Below are positions 10,959 through 23,255 of a stretch of 64,000 nucleotides of DNA, in pieces. The position numbers were made by a program, and so were the translations under genes. This DNA is from Macrostomum hystrix (Eukaryota; Animalia; Platyhelminthes). Numbering within the stretch: the first letter of the stretch is position 1; each line of letters begins with the position of its first letter. A model generated the notes under the pieces. The model had not been told where the DNA came from. It saw nothing but the letters and a program-made list of their open reading frames with translations, and did not search any database. The stretch is from the NCBI GenBank assembly GCA_950097015.1, contig CATNEN010000037.1, positions 2,976,001 to 3,040,000 on the forward strand, in the 5' to 3' direction.

Positions 10959-13900
10959 TCACAGGCCGAGCAGTAGGATTCTAGGATCCTCAACGAAGCT
11001 TTTAATCTTGCGCAGAAAGGTGACGGCCTCCCTGCCGTCAATGAGGCGGTGATCGTAGGTCAGGGCCACAAACATCATGGGCCGGATTTCCACCTTGCCG
11101 TTGACTGCCATGGGCCGGTCGAAGACGCCGTGCATGCCGAGGATGGCCGACTGCGGCGGATTGATGATTGGCGTGCCGAATAGCGAGCCGAACACGCCGC
11201 CGTTCGAAATTGTGAAAGTGCCACCGTCCATGTCCTGCGAATAGCGGCGGCGGGCTATCGTAAGTCTCACCGAAGATTATAATATCGTGTGGGAGATTCC
11301 AAATCTCATATGAGATTCTAAATCTCATGGCAGATTTTTCTATTTCACTGAAAAAATTCTCATGGGAGATTCTTAAATCTCATGGGCGATTCTTAAATCT
11401 CATGGGAGATTCTTAAATCTTATGGGAGATTCTTAAATATCATGGGAGATTCTTAAATCTCATGAGCGATTCTTAAATCTCATGGGAGATTCTAAAATCT
11501 CATAGGAGATTCTTAAATCTCATGGGATATTCTTAAATCTCATGGGAGATTCTTAAAGCGGACGGAAGATTCGCGTTTGGGCGTTTATCCAATTTCGTTG
11601 GAAATTTTCTTGTTTCATATTAGGTTATTATATCTTGAGATTCCTCAGTCTTAAAGTGCCTCTTCTGTGACAATAAGCGATGACAGTAAGTTCTCAATAA
11701 ATTTAAACTACTCCAGGCCAACAAAGCAAACCTCGATAGCCAGCTCATTTTTGCGCGCCTTGGCGCCCAGGGCGGCAATCTCGCGCTCAATATCGGCCAG
11801 GTTCATGTTGTGCACGCCACGCAGCACCGGCACAACCAGGCCCTTCGGAGTAGCAACGGCTACGCTGATATCGACGTAGTCGCGGTAGACAATGTCTCCG
11901 CCTTCGATGACCGCATTCACAGCCGCCTGCTGTTGCAGAGCGTAGGCGGCCGCCTTGACAAATGGGGACATGAAGCCCAGCTTCACCCCGTGCTGCTTCT
12001 CGAAGGCCGGCTGGAATCTGCGGGAAAAGGACAAACGAAGGTCAGGACTGGCTGAGGGAATGGAGGTGGGTCATTGCCGAATAGTTCACTGAAAGTGGAT
12101 GGGCAAAAACTCACTTGGCTCGCATTTCAAACACATTGGACATGTCGATTTCGTTAAAAGTTGTGAGCATAGCGCAGGTGTTTTGCGCCTCCTTCAGCCG
12201 CTCGGCAATGCGCAGTCGCATTCGGGACATTTTGACGCGGCGCTCACCGCGAGCTCCCGGAGCGGCAGCTGCTGACGCGGCCGGAGCAGCAGTTTGAGCT
12301 GCCTGAGGCAGCGGAGGCGGCTTAGTTGGCGCCTGCGAGGAGACCAGCTTGTCCTCCTTTGGTGCCGCCGGAGCAGCTGCCGGCGCCGGCTCTGCATGCT
12401 TGGGCTTCTCCTCTGCTTTCTTTTCCGACTTGGCCGCCGGGGCGGCGCCGCCGGCCTCAATTTTGAACACCTCCTGATGCGCCACCACCTTCTGGCCGTC
12501 TGGCACCAGCAGTTCGGTGATGACTCCGGCGCAGGGAGCGTGCACCTGCACAGACGTCTTGTCGGTCTCAACTTCGGCTACAAGTTCGTCCTCGGCAACA
12601 GAGTCGCCAACCTGCTTCTCCCAGCGAATGTCGCCTTCGGTGACGGACTCAGCAAAGGCTGGCACTTTGCCAGTAACCAGGTTGCCATGGAGGGTGCGGC
12701 CAATGTGAAGGTGGCGAGATAATGACCTGCAAATTAACAGGTGGGGCATAGTGATTTCCTGCTTGAGTATTATGCATTAATACTGTACTTATAAAATAAT
12801 AAAATGTTGTATAAATGTAGTTTTGCTAATACATTGAAAACATGAGTTAAGAAAGTCACCAAGTTGGATTAAGTAGCAATAGAAACACATGGATTGGCAT
12901 TTACTGATTGACAAAAAAGTCAAGCATCACAATACTTTTTAACTAATGTGCAAAGGAATAAAGTTGCATTTCAAATAAGCAAAATGTCTATATTATTTTA
13001 TGATGTCTCTTTTATAAGACCCTAAATTCATTGGTCCATTCATTATTATTTTTATTGACTGTCATAGCTAGCAAAAATAGTTAGGGTTTTTTTATCACAT
13101 TTGATAAAACAAGTAAATATTGGTTTGTTTATGATTTTTTGTGTTACTATTAGAAAAAGTTGGATTAAGGATTTAAGTAGATAAGTCAAGTACAGAAATA
13201 GGATAGGTTAAAAATGATTTGGAAACAATATAATTTAAATAACTATTTATAGATCCATAACTTAACCAATTCTAGGCATGTAGGCAACCAATATCAATAC
13301 TAAATCTCTTACTAGTTTCTAAGCTAGCCATTGGCAGTATTTGTGTGTGTGACAGTTATATACTTAGGAGATATCTATTAGCATTATAATAAGAAATTAA
13401 ATTCTATTCAATAGAAAGTTTGATGAGTTTTAAAATAGGCCACTATGATTGTAATGCATAGCCAAATACTACTAGCCTTAGCCTATGAATCAGACAATCC
13501 AATAGCAATATACTAAAACTCACAAATAACCAACCTTCTAAGATTTAAATGCACATTTTTAGCTCCATAGTTTGGATCATGTAGTTTACTCTGGAAATTT
13601 CTGGTGTACATTTGTGCAGTTGGTATATATTGGCATGCACACGGCATGCACAAGCTTCCAATGGGCATACTCCGCATGCAAAAAGGTGCTTCGCATTTAT
13701 GTTCGTGTCATGTCCACGTCTACGTGCAATAGCACATGGGAGAATGTCAGAGTGGCAAAAAATATATGACAATAAATTGAAATTAAAAATGGTTGGCTAA
13801 AGTATAACTAAGCCGTTCTAAGCTCTAAAGCTGAAATTTCCCATTTTAATCTAAAAGTGATTCAAAACTTTCAAAAATTGTGCAGCTTCAAACTAACTCC

Positions 13901-15479
13901 AAACAAACATTCAAACAAAGTTCAGCATTTTTAATATTGGACAGTAGTTTAGTCTTAATATAAAATATATTGCCTTGAACGAGAGCAAAATTGAACTAAA
14001 AAAATAAGTGCTTTTGGTCTCGCCTTGCTAATCTTGCCTGTATTCTTGGTGTACACAGTCATAGAAATTTGGTTGTGGCTATTTGTGTGGTAGAGTTTAA
14101 ATTAAATGATGGCAATTACATGCTTTAGAAGAAAATCATCCCTTTAGAAAAATATATTAAAACAAATCTAGTAATTAGAAGAATATTTAAACTCTTATTT
14201 AGAACCCAACTTTTACATGAATACTCCAGTTAAGTTTTGTTTAAATGCCATGCAATTTACATTGACCAACGGGACAGACAACCATACAAATAGCCACTAT
14301 CAAGAAATTTATAGTAAAAACTCTTAGTAGTGTACATTGCCTCGCAAAAGCACTTTTTGGCGTGCGTCGGTGTGCAAATGAAAATTTTCCCTTCTTCATT
14401 CTAGCGTGCACCTAGCATGTTCCGGACTATGGTTTTAGCTGATTGAAAGCTAATTGAAATCCAATTAATATACATATAATGGACATAAATACTTGAATAT
14501 ATGGCATGTGTCGTTTCGTTCATTAAATTATTTTCCTTTTGGAAAACAAAACTACACGTAATTTTAGTAATGAATAACAAGTAGGGATAACAAATTTAAC
14601 AATATGCCAAAAAGGATAGCACTCCAGCTAGGCTTAATTTTACATTTTCACATGATGAAGGCTTCTGAACCAGGGACTCCCTGTTCGAGATGCACCTACA
14701 GGAGTACATGTGGCACAGACAGTTTCCGCGCCCAGTGCTAGGACGCTTCCTGTGGTGTGTTGCCCAGCAATATCCACTTTAAAAGAAGCTAACAATCAAC
14801 CTTGCATTCGTTTTTGTTTAATTCGTTATCCGCACTCATTATTCATTACTAAAATTACTTGCAGTTTTGTTTTCTGTAAGGAAAATAATTTAACAAACGA
14901 AATAACACATATGCCAAAAAAATATATGTACATACAAGAAAAATAATAATTTTCTGATATAATCTAAAAAATCAGGACTTTAAGGAATAATTAGTCTCGT
15001 TAGCTATAGTCTAGTCAGGCTAAAGAGAGATAAATAAATAATACATACATAAAATATATACAGCTACACTAAGGCACAATCCTTAATTTTAGCTACAAAT
15101 ACAGATAACTATAATTAAAAAATGTCCTTCACTAATTGCATCTCAAACCGTTAAAAATTATTCATTAAAGGATCATTTCTTAATGATTATTTCTCAATAA
15201 TCATTTACTATAAATTAATTGAAAGAAAATGGACAACTGGCCAAATGCAAAGATAATAATAAATGTTAAAAAAGGAAATAAAACCTACCTGTAGCAGTTA
15301 GAGCGACTTGTACTTTGATGACAAGTCGATGTATAGATGGTCCTCCGGATGAAATTTGAATTAGAGACAGAAGCTACTGGAGCAGCTTGACAAACACACT
15401 TATGATTGTTCTTCGTTAGCAAAACACGAAGAAGTTGCTTACTTGCAACTTGACTGCTTCGAATAACGTGCGCAAACAT
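10959..15479 (-). CDS. DLST: Dihydrolipoamide succinyltransferase (E2 of 2-oxoglutarate dehydrogenase), mitochondrial; exons 15289-15479, 12115-12726, 11732-12017, 10959-11234; 454 aa
   Basis: Lipoyl domain [11 protein letters not shown]...ETDKTSV, Ala/Pro linker, catalytic domain ending [11 protein letters not shown]...[10 protein letters not shown], and an Arg/Ser-rich presequence. All three introns are GT-AG with consistent phases. CDS totals 1365 nt. Confidence 0.96.
11290..11560 (+). repeat. 20-bp minisatellite GGGAGATTCTTAAATCTCAT in DLST intron 3
   Basis: About 11 tandem copies; each unit has the internal inverted motif GAGATT..AATCTC. Confidence 0.93.
14503..14915 (+). mobile_element. 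Non-autonomous Merlin (IS1016/IS1595-like) element with ~100-bp imperfect TIRs and a transposase C-terminal remnant, in DLST intron 1
   Basis: Left end GGCATGTGTCGTTTCGTTCATTAAATTATTTTCC mirrors the right end at roughly 80-85% over ~100 bp, with GG termini. Interior 14676-14782 reads [35 protein letters not shown]. No clean TSD. Confidence 0.7.
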
Positions 15480-15829
15480 GTTTCTTTCAAAAGGACAGGA
15501 TAATATGTACTATTCAGAATAAAGTAAATCAGCTGAACAATGCCAAACGAACAACGGCAGAACAAATTATAAAGTATTTCTTGCAGTACCTTGAATTTAG
15601 GAAATTTGATAGCATTTCACTTGCGGGTAAATGTTTCTACGAAAATCTGTTTCTAATTTAGAGCTTAAGCACTACAACAAAAAAGTTCTATGATGATGAG
15701 TACTCACGACAAAATTAATTTGTCATCAATTTTTTCTTGAAATTCTTTAGCTGTGGGCTTTCCAATATCTCGACCTTGAGCGAGTGTAAGTAACTGCGTT
15801 GACGCGTGGGTCAACGTCAAACAAAAATG

Positions 15830-16430
15830 TTCAGCTGATGACCTTGCGCTGCTGTCCTCGACCGTTGAGGGAGCTCAGTGCCTGCTGCTGGAAAAGCTGG
15901 TTCAGCGTTGCAGCACGAGCGCCGGCCTGGTGGTCAACACGTGGAAAATTCTCTAGTGCTCTGCGTGCTGGGCGACGTCAAGGCCGCATTACGAGTTGGT
16001 CTGGTAGCTGCAGACGTCCGAGAAGAACTGCGGTGCCGCCGCGTGCCGCCTGGACTTACAATTGCGTTTTGTGAGGGCGGTCTTGCGCTCCGAGGCCCTA
16101 CCTGTTCCAGACGGTAATCGAGACCTAATTCCTGCTGTACAACGCCGAGACCAGCTGCTGGACGCTGATCAATAGTAGTCTGACGAACAGCAATTGTCAA
16201 CGCTGCGTACGACGGGCTGCTGTGCGCCGTCTTTTATATCAGCGGCGAGCGATTTACTAATAAAACACTATCCGCACCGGGTCCTTCTGCCCACAGCTAT
16301 AGCATGTGTAGCTAGGAGGCGATGCTGCTCACAAGATGCGGGCAGCCTACCTGCAAAGAGCTAGTAAATTAAGCTGCCGAACTTGGCGACTGACTGCTAA
16401 CAACTGACGCTGGCGCCCCGGACTCTGTCG
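15830..16430 (+). mobile_element. Degraded non-LTR retrotransposon (RTE-like) reverse-transcriptase 3' remnant
   Basis: SADDLALLSSTVEGAQ..LEKLVQ..GLVVNTWK (YADD region), then LFQTVIET*FLLYNAET..WTL and VNAAYDGLL.AVFYIS in shifting frames with stops. Confidence 0.75.
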
Positions 16431-17830
16431 GTGGTACGGCATTCGTTTGCGCGGCCAGGCCCTCAAGCTGGGTTTTTGACCATGTCAGTGTGCATTGTTG
16501 CTGCTGTTTTTGGTGGTGTTGTTGCTGGGGCTCACCCGCCAGGTAGCCAAGCGAAAGGCCCGACCAGGAGTGGCAAACCCACGTATCACCATGAGCGTAA
16601 GAAGCATTGGCATGTTATCCTCCCTCCAGGGCTGATCAACGCCGACGTCATCCCTGACGCGTCAGCCGGAACACCAGGAGCCGCCATGCCCAAGGCAGGA
16701 GCGGTCCTGGTAGAGACCGGCATCGGCGGCTGATCGGTCGGACTCCCAGACGGAGCGATCCGCCGGCCCGCCAGACATCGGAGCGATGATGACCTTGCGA
16801 ATAGAGGATTCCCCCAGACAGCCTAGAGGAGGACACTTTAGTTATCGCGACTCCGGGACCAATGGGAAATCAGAGGCGCGATTAAGCCGGGTCGCCACGA
16901 CAGGGCAGTGTCCGTGACCGTGCCCAGATGGCCAAGGGCACCGACCCTGATGGGCCGGCGGGCTGCTGTTGTTGCGCATGTGTGCCCGCTAAATAAGCAT
17001 TTGGTCAGCAGCAACTGCTAAATACTTTACTTCATTCAGCCACTAAGATACGATTGATTGAGGCTTTTGTGATTCGCTACATTGTGCAACACCTAAGTGC
17101 AGGATCTTTGTGTTTGTATCCGTGACAATAAATTGACGAGTCTCGGGCAGAGAATAAAATGACTGCAGCAAATGGCATGCACGATGCACCTTGTGTCATA
17201 GTAATAGCTTTCATAGAAAAATTGCTGATATTTAATTGATTCCAAGGACAACTGTACAGTATACCTAATGTAGTATAGTAGTGTACTGTAGACCGTAGTA
17301 CTGTAGCAGTTCACTACAGTAGTCCTTGGTTCATTCAAGGACCAAAATCATGGTATTTTCGTAACCTGATGTTTTTTGCCGTCCAGGGCTCTACAATTCT
17401 TGAGGCCGAAATAAAGCTTAAATTCGTGATTTATCTCGCAAGCAATTAAAAAAACTACATTTACGAAACGTTAAAAAATTAGAAACGATCGCAGGGTGCA
17501 TTTAGGTTGCAGACTTTGTTTTAAATATGAGTATGTTGCTTAGTATTTGTACCCTAAAAACCTCGATATAGCCGTGATCACTTTGTCGATTCCAAAATCG
17601 TGGATCAATAGTAGCTCTAGATTTGATTATGCATGCGTTATTTTAGACCGAATGCAAAAAATACGAGAATACATACTCGTATATATCAATATTGAGAATC
17701 GGAAGCATATATTTTTGCTCAGTTGAAGTCAGTGACAACTAAAACACAGGTGTATTGTAAGGTACGGCGATATGTTTATCATCAAAATACACTGCATGTA
17801 AACGTATAGTTGAGTCAGTTGGCGTGAGCA

Positions 17831-19024
17831 TCAAAATAATCCATAGTTTCTCCTTAATTGGTAGCTCTGAATTGGCTGGCGCCGTAGTCGATTGCGTTGT
17901 ACGAGTATCTTCGGTGTTTCCACAGAGAATCGGACGAAAGGTTGGGGCTGACTGCTACTTTGATCGTGATCACTAGTTAATCCTGTCGTTGAATGTTGCA
18001 CAGAGTCATCCACTGGACTATAGATATCGTTGTTTGCGACCGTCTCAGTCCAGAACTGACGAAATCGTTCAGCCGAATTATTCTGGTCGTTGTTTGTTGT
18101 ACCTTTCTTTCTGAACCTGGGTTTTAGATAACCAGAATTAGTTCTTCCAGTCCGATCTGCAGGGTTGTAAGCGCGGCCGATGGCAGCGTCTTGGGATCGA
18201 TTCATACCAACTGGCTGGACAGCGTCTTCGTTAAATGAAGTGAACTTCCGATTTTTTCTGGCACTTGCAGCAGCCGGCTTGCCGGGATTTCCGGCTTGAA
18301 AGCGCTGTGTCTTGAATTCCTCTTGTAGCCAACGCGCTTCGCTCCAACTGCGAGACCAGCTGCGAGATCGGACATGATTGGAATCGACGTTCTTCCGATA
18401 AATTACGTCTGGATTTGTTGATGAAGGATAAACTATGGTGGCGTTTCTAAATTTAGATTCGGTTTTTTCCATGAGAAGTTTTGCTCCTGGCTCGCTTCGC
18501 ACTGGCGCACGGAAATGTCGTCGATTGAGCGCTGGCAACTCACCCGAGGACTCCTCGGAGGTCGCTGTGGTCTCCTCAGTAGTGACGCGCTTTCTTCGCT
18601 GCCGCTCGATTCTGGCCTTCAAAGCAGTGACGGTCATGGGCCGGTGTGCGGCGTCGATTTGACCCGGCGCGCGCCTCATGGGCCGCCTCCTTTGATTTTT
18701 CGCGTGCCAGCTCTCGTCATCCGACCAGTACTGCCGGGCGTCAAGGATTTCCTTCGCCACGACTCGCTGCTGTTGCCGTTGCTGCTCTGATATGCTGCCC
18801 AAATCGGCTACAGTTGCCCGAGGAATTTCAATCTGCGTCCTGAGCAGCTGAAAGTAGAACTGATCGCCGCGACTACCAGCTCTGCGAGGATCATTGCCTG
18901 CATGCTGAATTGGCAGCTTTAGCTGACTAACTAGGGCTCCATTTAGACTGACGCGGGCTGCAGTTGCCTTGTGTAGGTTTTCGTATGCAAATGTCGGCGC
19001 TATGTCAGTTGTAGTAGCTGCCAT
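17831..19024 (-). CDS. Hypothetical basic, low-complexity protein (~397 aa from ATG 19024), single exon, no recognised domain
   Basis: A 1.2-kb stop-free, GC-richer, non-repetitive ORF in AT-rich flanks. The ORF track starts at TTG 19042; the first in-frame ATG is at 19024. Confidence 0.55.
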   Translation of the reverse strand: MAATTTDIAPTFAYENLHKATAARVSLNGALVSQLKLPIQHAGNDPRRAGSRGDQFYFQLLRTQIEIPRATVADLGSISEQQRQQQRVVAKEILDARQYWSDDESWHAKNQRRRPMRRAPGQIDAAHRPMTVTALKARIERQRRKRVTTEETTATSEESSGELPALNRRHFRAPVRSEPGAKLLMEKTESKFRNATIVYPSSTNPDVIYRKNVDSNHVRSRSWSRSWSEARWLQEEFKTQRFQAGNPGKPAAASARKNRKFTSFNEDAVQPVGMNRSQDAAIGRAYNPADRTGRTNSGYLKPRFRKKGTTNNDQNNSAERFRQFWTETVANNDIYSPVDDSVQHSTTGLTSDHDQSSSQPQPFVRFSVETPKILVQRNRLRRQPIQSYQLRRNYGLF

Positions 19025-21889
19025 TTCTCTGGCTTCATGCAAAAAGAAGGCTCTTTACTTTATTACAAATCGCACACTTTGTCTCAGATACCCTGCCGCG
19101 ACTACTAAATAGATTGGCGGGATGAGCTGGCTTCATTGTGCAAGCACTTTTTTCTTTATTGTCTCTTGTAGAGAAGAAGCTGTGCTACTGAAAATGCCTC
19201 TGTTAAGCATTGCCCTATTTATGTACACAGCAGCCAAGTGCAGCCCGCTGAGACAGTCCCGACTTCTCACGGCTGCGTGCGCACAGCTCGTGCGAACCTT
19301 TGTAAGTCTCTCTACGTAGCAGACTCGCGAATATGTAATACTGCAGGTGACATTATTCTCTGCCTGTGGAATTTATCAAGCAATTTTTAAAGAGAACAAC
19401 AAACTGCGAGTGTATTTTGACGAAGCAATGAATTTTTTTAGTTGTGAGAACGGCTCTTAGAGACATTGCAGAGAAATTGTCCACCCAACTGTACTAAATT
19501 TGTACTATAGTGCACTTTAGAAAAAGTATTTTCATAGTTTCTGTGTAGGTTTTTTAGGCTTTAGCTCTACAGCACGAAGCAGAATAGCAGGAAATACTTA
19601 ATTGTGCATGTAGCTCAGGAACAGCCCCAAAAAATTAAGAGCTGAATTAATCAACAATCTTTTTTTACTATTTAGGGCAAAAGTTTTTTTGCTGAGATGT
19701 GCATGTATTTTTAGAACTAATTTATATAAACATTTTTCCTAACTCAACCAGCAAATTGAATTACAAGGGAGATTTTGGGCAAAGTTAATCATGAGACGTC
19801 TTTGTATATGAGTTATATTGGTTTTATGCTCTCAAAACCTTACAAAATTAATACAAATTGTATAATTAATAAAGTAGCTTTGAAAAAACTAATATAATTA
19901 TTAAGTGAGCATGTAATAATGTGCTTAGTCAAGGTAACACAAATTTTCTTACTCACACACAGGCTATATAATGCTCGAGAAAAGACAGTTCAGGTCACCC
20001 AGACTTGCTGACACATCTTGGGAAGTGCAAGTCATTTTTGCTCAGAAACAATTAAATAAGCGGATAGGGAAGGTATAGGAGAGGGATAGCGGTAGCTTGA
20101 AGAGCAGCTGTTAGTAGATCAGTGTGAACTGCTGGTAAGTATGATCGACAATTTAGACAACTCGTACTCGTTGTAGATTTCTGTCGGTACTGTTCCAAGG
20201 ACCACTGGATGGGAGTTCTACTTCTTGGTCCTTGAACGGTTCCTTGAGAAAAGCCTGAAAAAGCAAGCGATTCCATTATACCAGGTGCAAGGAGAACTAA
20301 TAATTTCGAAATCTGCTAGGAAGTGGCTATTCGTAGGGCAGTCCGGAAATATAAAATCCAATAATTCACCATGAGGAAGCTTGCCGCGGGTTGGCGAATA
20401 CGTATAATTTTATCATCTAACCGTGCAGAAAATTATCAAACAGTTTTTATTCATAAGAAAAATCTACAAGCATCGCAGTTTACATTTTAGATTTGTTATA
20501 ACTCGTTTCATCATTTCTTGGAAATGCACTACAAGATAGGAGATTCTGCCGTACGAATAACCGTCCTTCAGTTAGCACAACGAAGCAAAAATATTTTTTT
20601 AGAAAAATTTTTATGAAGTGTGCCAGAGCTGATTTTTTTGTAGGAGGTTGTGCCACTGCTGAATTGAATGTGCCAGGTGCTTTTGAAGTAAATGTGATTG
20701 ATCACAATGATTTATATAGGTTTTAATTGCTCGATTTTTGTGCTAGATTTTGTGCTAGTAGATTGTGGCCTCATTATTAGTGTGCCACTTTTCTTGTGCG
20801 TGTTTTCCTGAATATAAGATAATTGTCTCGAGCTTTAATTCTATTAACACAAAATTAATACAACACCTATACCGCAGGTCAGTTTTCTTTGTTATGCTTT
20901 TTATATTTTTTTTCCGCGCGCCAAATTAAATATCACGTGGCATACCGTTCGAGGGTTTTGTCATAAAGTAATTATAATATCATTGCATTAGAAAAAGTCT
21001 GTCTTGAGCTAAACAGTGACGAATCAAATTCAATTCGTGCTATACATGCATCTACTCTACATGAGTTAATGTAACGAAGCAAAATAATTATGAAATGAAA
21101 TTTAGATATAAAATATTAGCATTGCAGAAGCATATGCAGCATATGCTTTGTTCTATTTATATACAAAAATGTATATTCATGCACACCCTGCTTTATTATG
21201 TAATTCAGTATTTCTAAAAGATTATGGACAGTTTAGCCGTGCTTTCTATTCAATCTCAGTTTCATTTTACTACATCTGAGAACAGACTGCAGCAATATAT
21301 TCAGATTCCCTCTCTATTTGTATTGACAAACATGTGTTGTTTTCTTTTGTAATATGTTTCTAAATAATGAAATGCCACTTTCTTGCTTTTATTCATTGAA
21401 TAATTTTTACAATGCATAGATAAATTATTGTACATAGGATAAGATATCAATCAAAGGCAAGCTAACATGACAGGGAAATGTTAATGCATTTAAACATTGT
21501 ATTGGTGAACAAAAGGCCAAAGCTAAATTATGTGTAGTTAGGTTGCACAATTCAATAGTAGTATATAAAGTTCAAAAGTAAATTGGCATGTATTTCTGCA
21601 ATTTTGAGCTATATGGGAAATATATATTGTTCTATTGTTTCATTGATCTAATGTATATAAAAACATTAAGGGCATATTTTAAATATATTAAATACTTTAC
21701 TATTATGTTTCAATATTTATTTCTATAATATAAACTTATTAGAAAAAAAACAGATTTCACAGTGAATCTAGCACTATATCTGGCATTTGATCTGGCAGAG
21801 ATCTGGCAGTAGATTTGGTAGTCAATCTGGCAGTGGATCTGTCAGAGATATGGCATGATATAGTGTTATATAGGGGCCTAGTGTAATAT

Positions 21890-22570
21890 GGCATAATATG
21901 ATGTGATATGATATGATATGGCAGATATGGTGTTATATGGCCTGATATGGTATAATATGGCATTGAATGGTATGATATGGTGTGATATGGTATGATATGG
22001 CATTACATGGCATGATATGGCATTATATGTTGTTATATGGCCTGATATGGTATGATATGGTGTGATATGGTATTATATGGCTTTATATGGTGTTATATGG
22101 CCTGATATGGTATAATTTGGCATAATATGGCATGATATGGTATGACATGGTATGATATGGCATTATATGTTGTTATATGGCCTGATATGGTATGATATGG
22201 TGTGATATGGTATTATATGGCTTTATATGGTGTTATATGGCCTGATATGGTATAATATGGTATTGTATGGTATGATATGGTGTGATATGGTAGTATATGG
22301 CTTTATATGGCATAAGATAGCATAATGTGGTATGATATGGTATGACATGGTACAATATGGCATTGAATGGTATGATATGGTATTATATGGTATAATTTGG
22401 CATAATATGGCATGATATGGTATGATATGGCATGATATGGTATGACATGGTATGATATGGCATTATATGTTGTTATATGGCGTGATATGGTATGATATTG
22501 TGTGATATGGTATTATATGGCTTTATATGGCATAAGATGGCATAATGTGGTATGATATGGCATGATATGG
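21890..22570 (+). repeat. 10-bp tandem repeat (NNTGATATGG-type) at the inner end of the left foldback arm; mirrored at 23531-23960
   Basis: About 65 copies of TATGATATGG variants; the reverse-complement array CCATATCATA lies in the right arm. Confidence 0.95.
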
Positions 22571-22704
22571 TATTTAAATGACATGCTATGGTGTGAAATG
22601 GAGTGATGTAGCACATTATTGTTTTTTCATGTTAATATTGATATAGTATGGTTTAATATTTGTCTATTGTTTTAAAAAATTCTCCTATAATGCAATTGTT
22701 GCAG

Positions 22705-23255
22705 CTCCGGTTCTTGACTTCGGCCCTGATGGGGCTTTGCCTGAAGTGGCCTCGCCACTAAACTGTCCTGCTGCACCAGCTGCTGTTCTGCTAACAGTGC
22801 CAGAGGGTGTTTCCTTGGCACAAGCTTGCAAGCGTCTGTGCTCTTGTACACAGTTGTATTCTAGCACTGATTTGCGTATCAGAGGGGTTGGTGAAAACTC
22901 ATATCGTCGATATGGCCATGACGGAGTTTCTGTAGTCCAGCTTAAAGTTCTACCGTCTCGAGTTGGTCTTCTGCATGGAATGCATGGAAATGACATTCGA
23001 CATGAATATCGTGTCAACGGCCGTGCTTGGTTGGAAGCCCTGCAGCATCAACAGGTGATGGACATGGTGCAGGGAGGCGACATTCAGCCACAGCTTTTGC
23101 TACAAAGGGAACGAAAAAAGCTACGCAAAGATATCGATAGAATTATAAATACCGGATCGGAAGAAACCGTCGCACTGCTATCAGCTTTTGTTACTGGTAT
23201 AAGAGTTAGAAATAACATCGAAGATCGGGACTTAAAGAACTTTAAAACCAGATGA
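22705..23255 (+). pseudogene. Captured gene fragment in the foldback loop, PDZ-like
   Basis: Stop-free frame following an AT-rich intron-like tract and the acceptor TTGTTGCAG. LRIRG..GVSVVQL..G.DI..RVNG...LQHQQVMDMV..LLLQR resembles a diverged PDZ domain. Recognised by eye only. Confidence 0.4.

Noticed and set aside
10959-12749. Bacterial sucB or horizontal transfer as the origin of the DLST-like ORFs
   Set aside because: The gene has three GT-AG introns, a mitochondrial-type presequence exon and animal-like length (454 aa).
13590-13719. GC-richer, Cys/His-rich 130-nt island in DLST intron 1 with AG/GT boundaries on the minus strand
   Set aside because: Inclusion would shift the frame, the 4-exon model already gives a full-length protein, and I recognise no homology. 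A poison exon cannot be excluded without RNA data.
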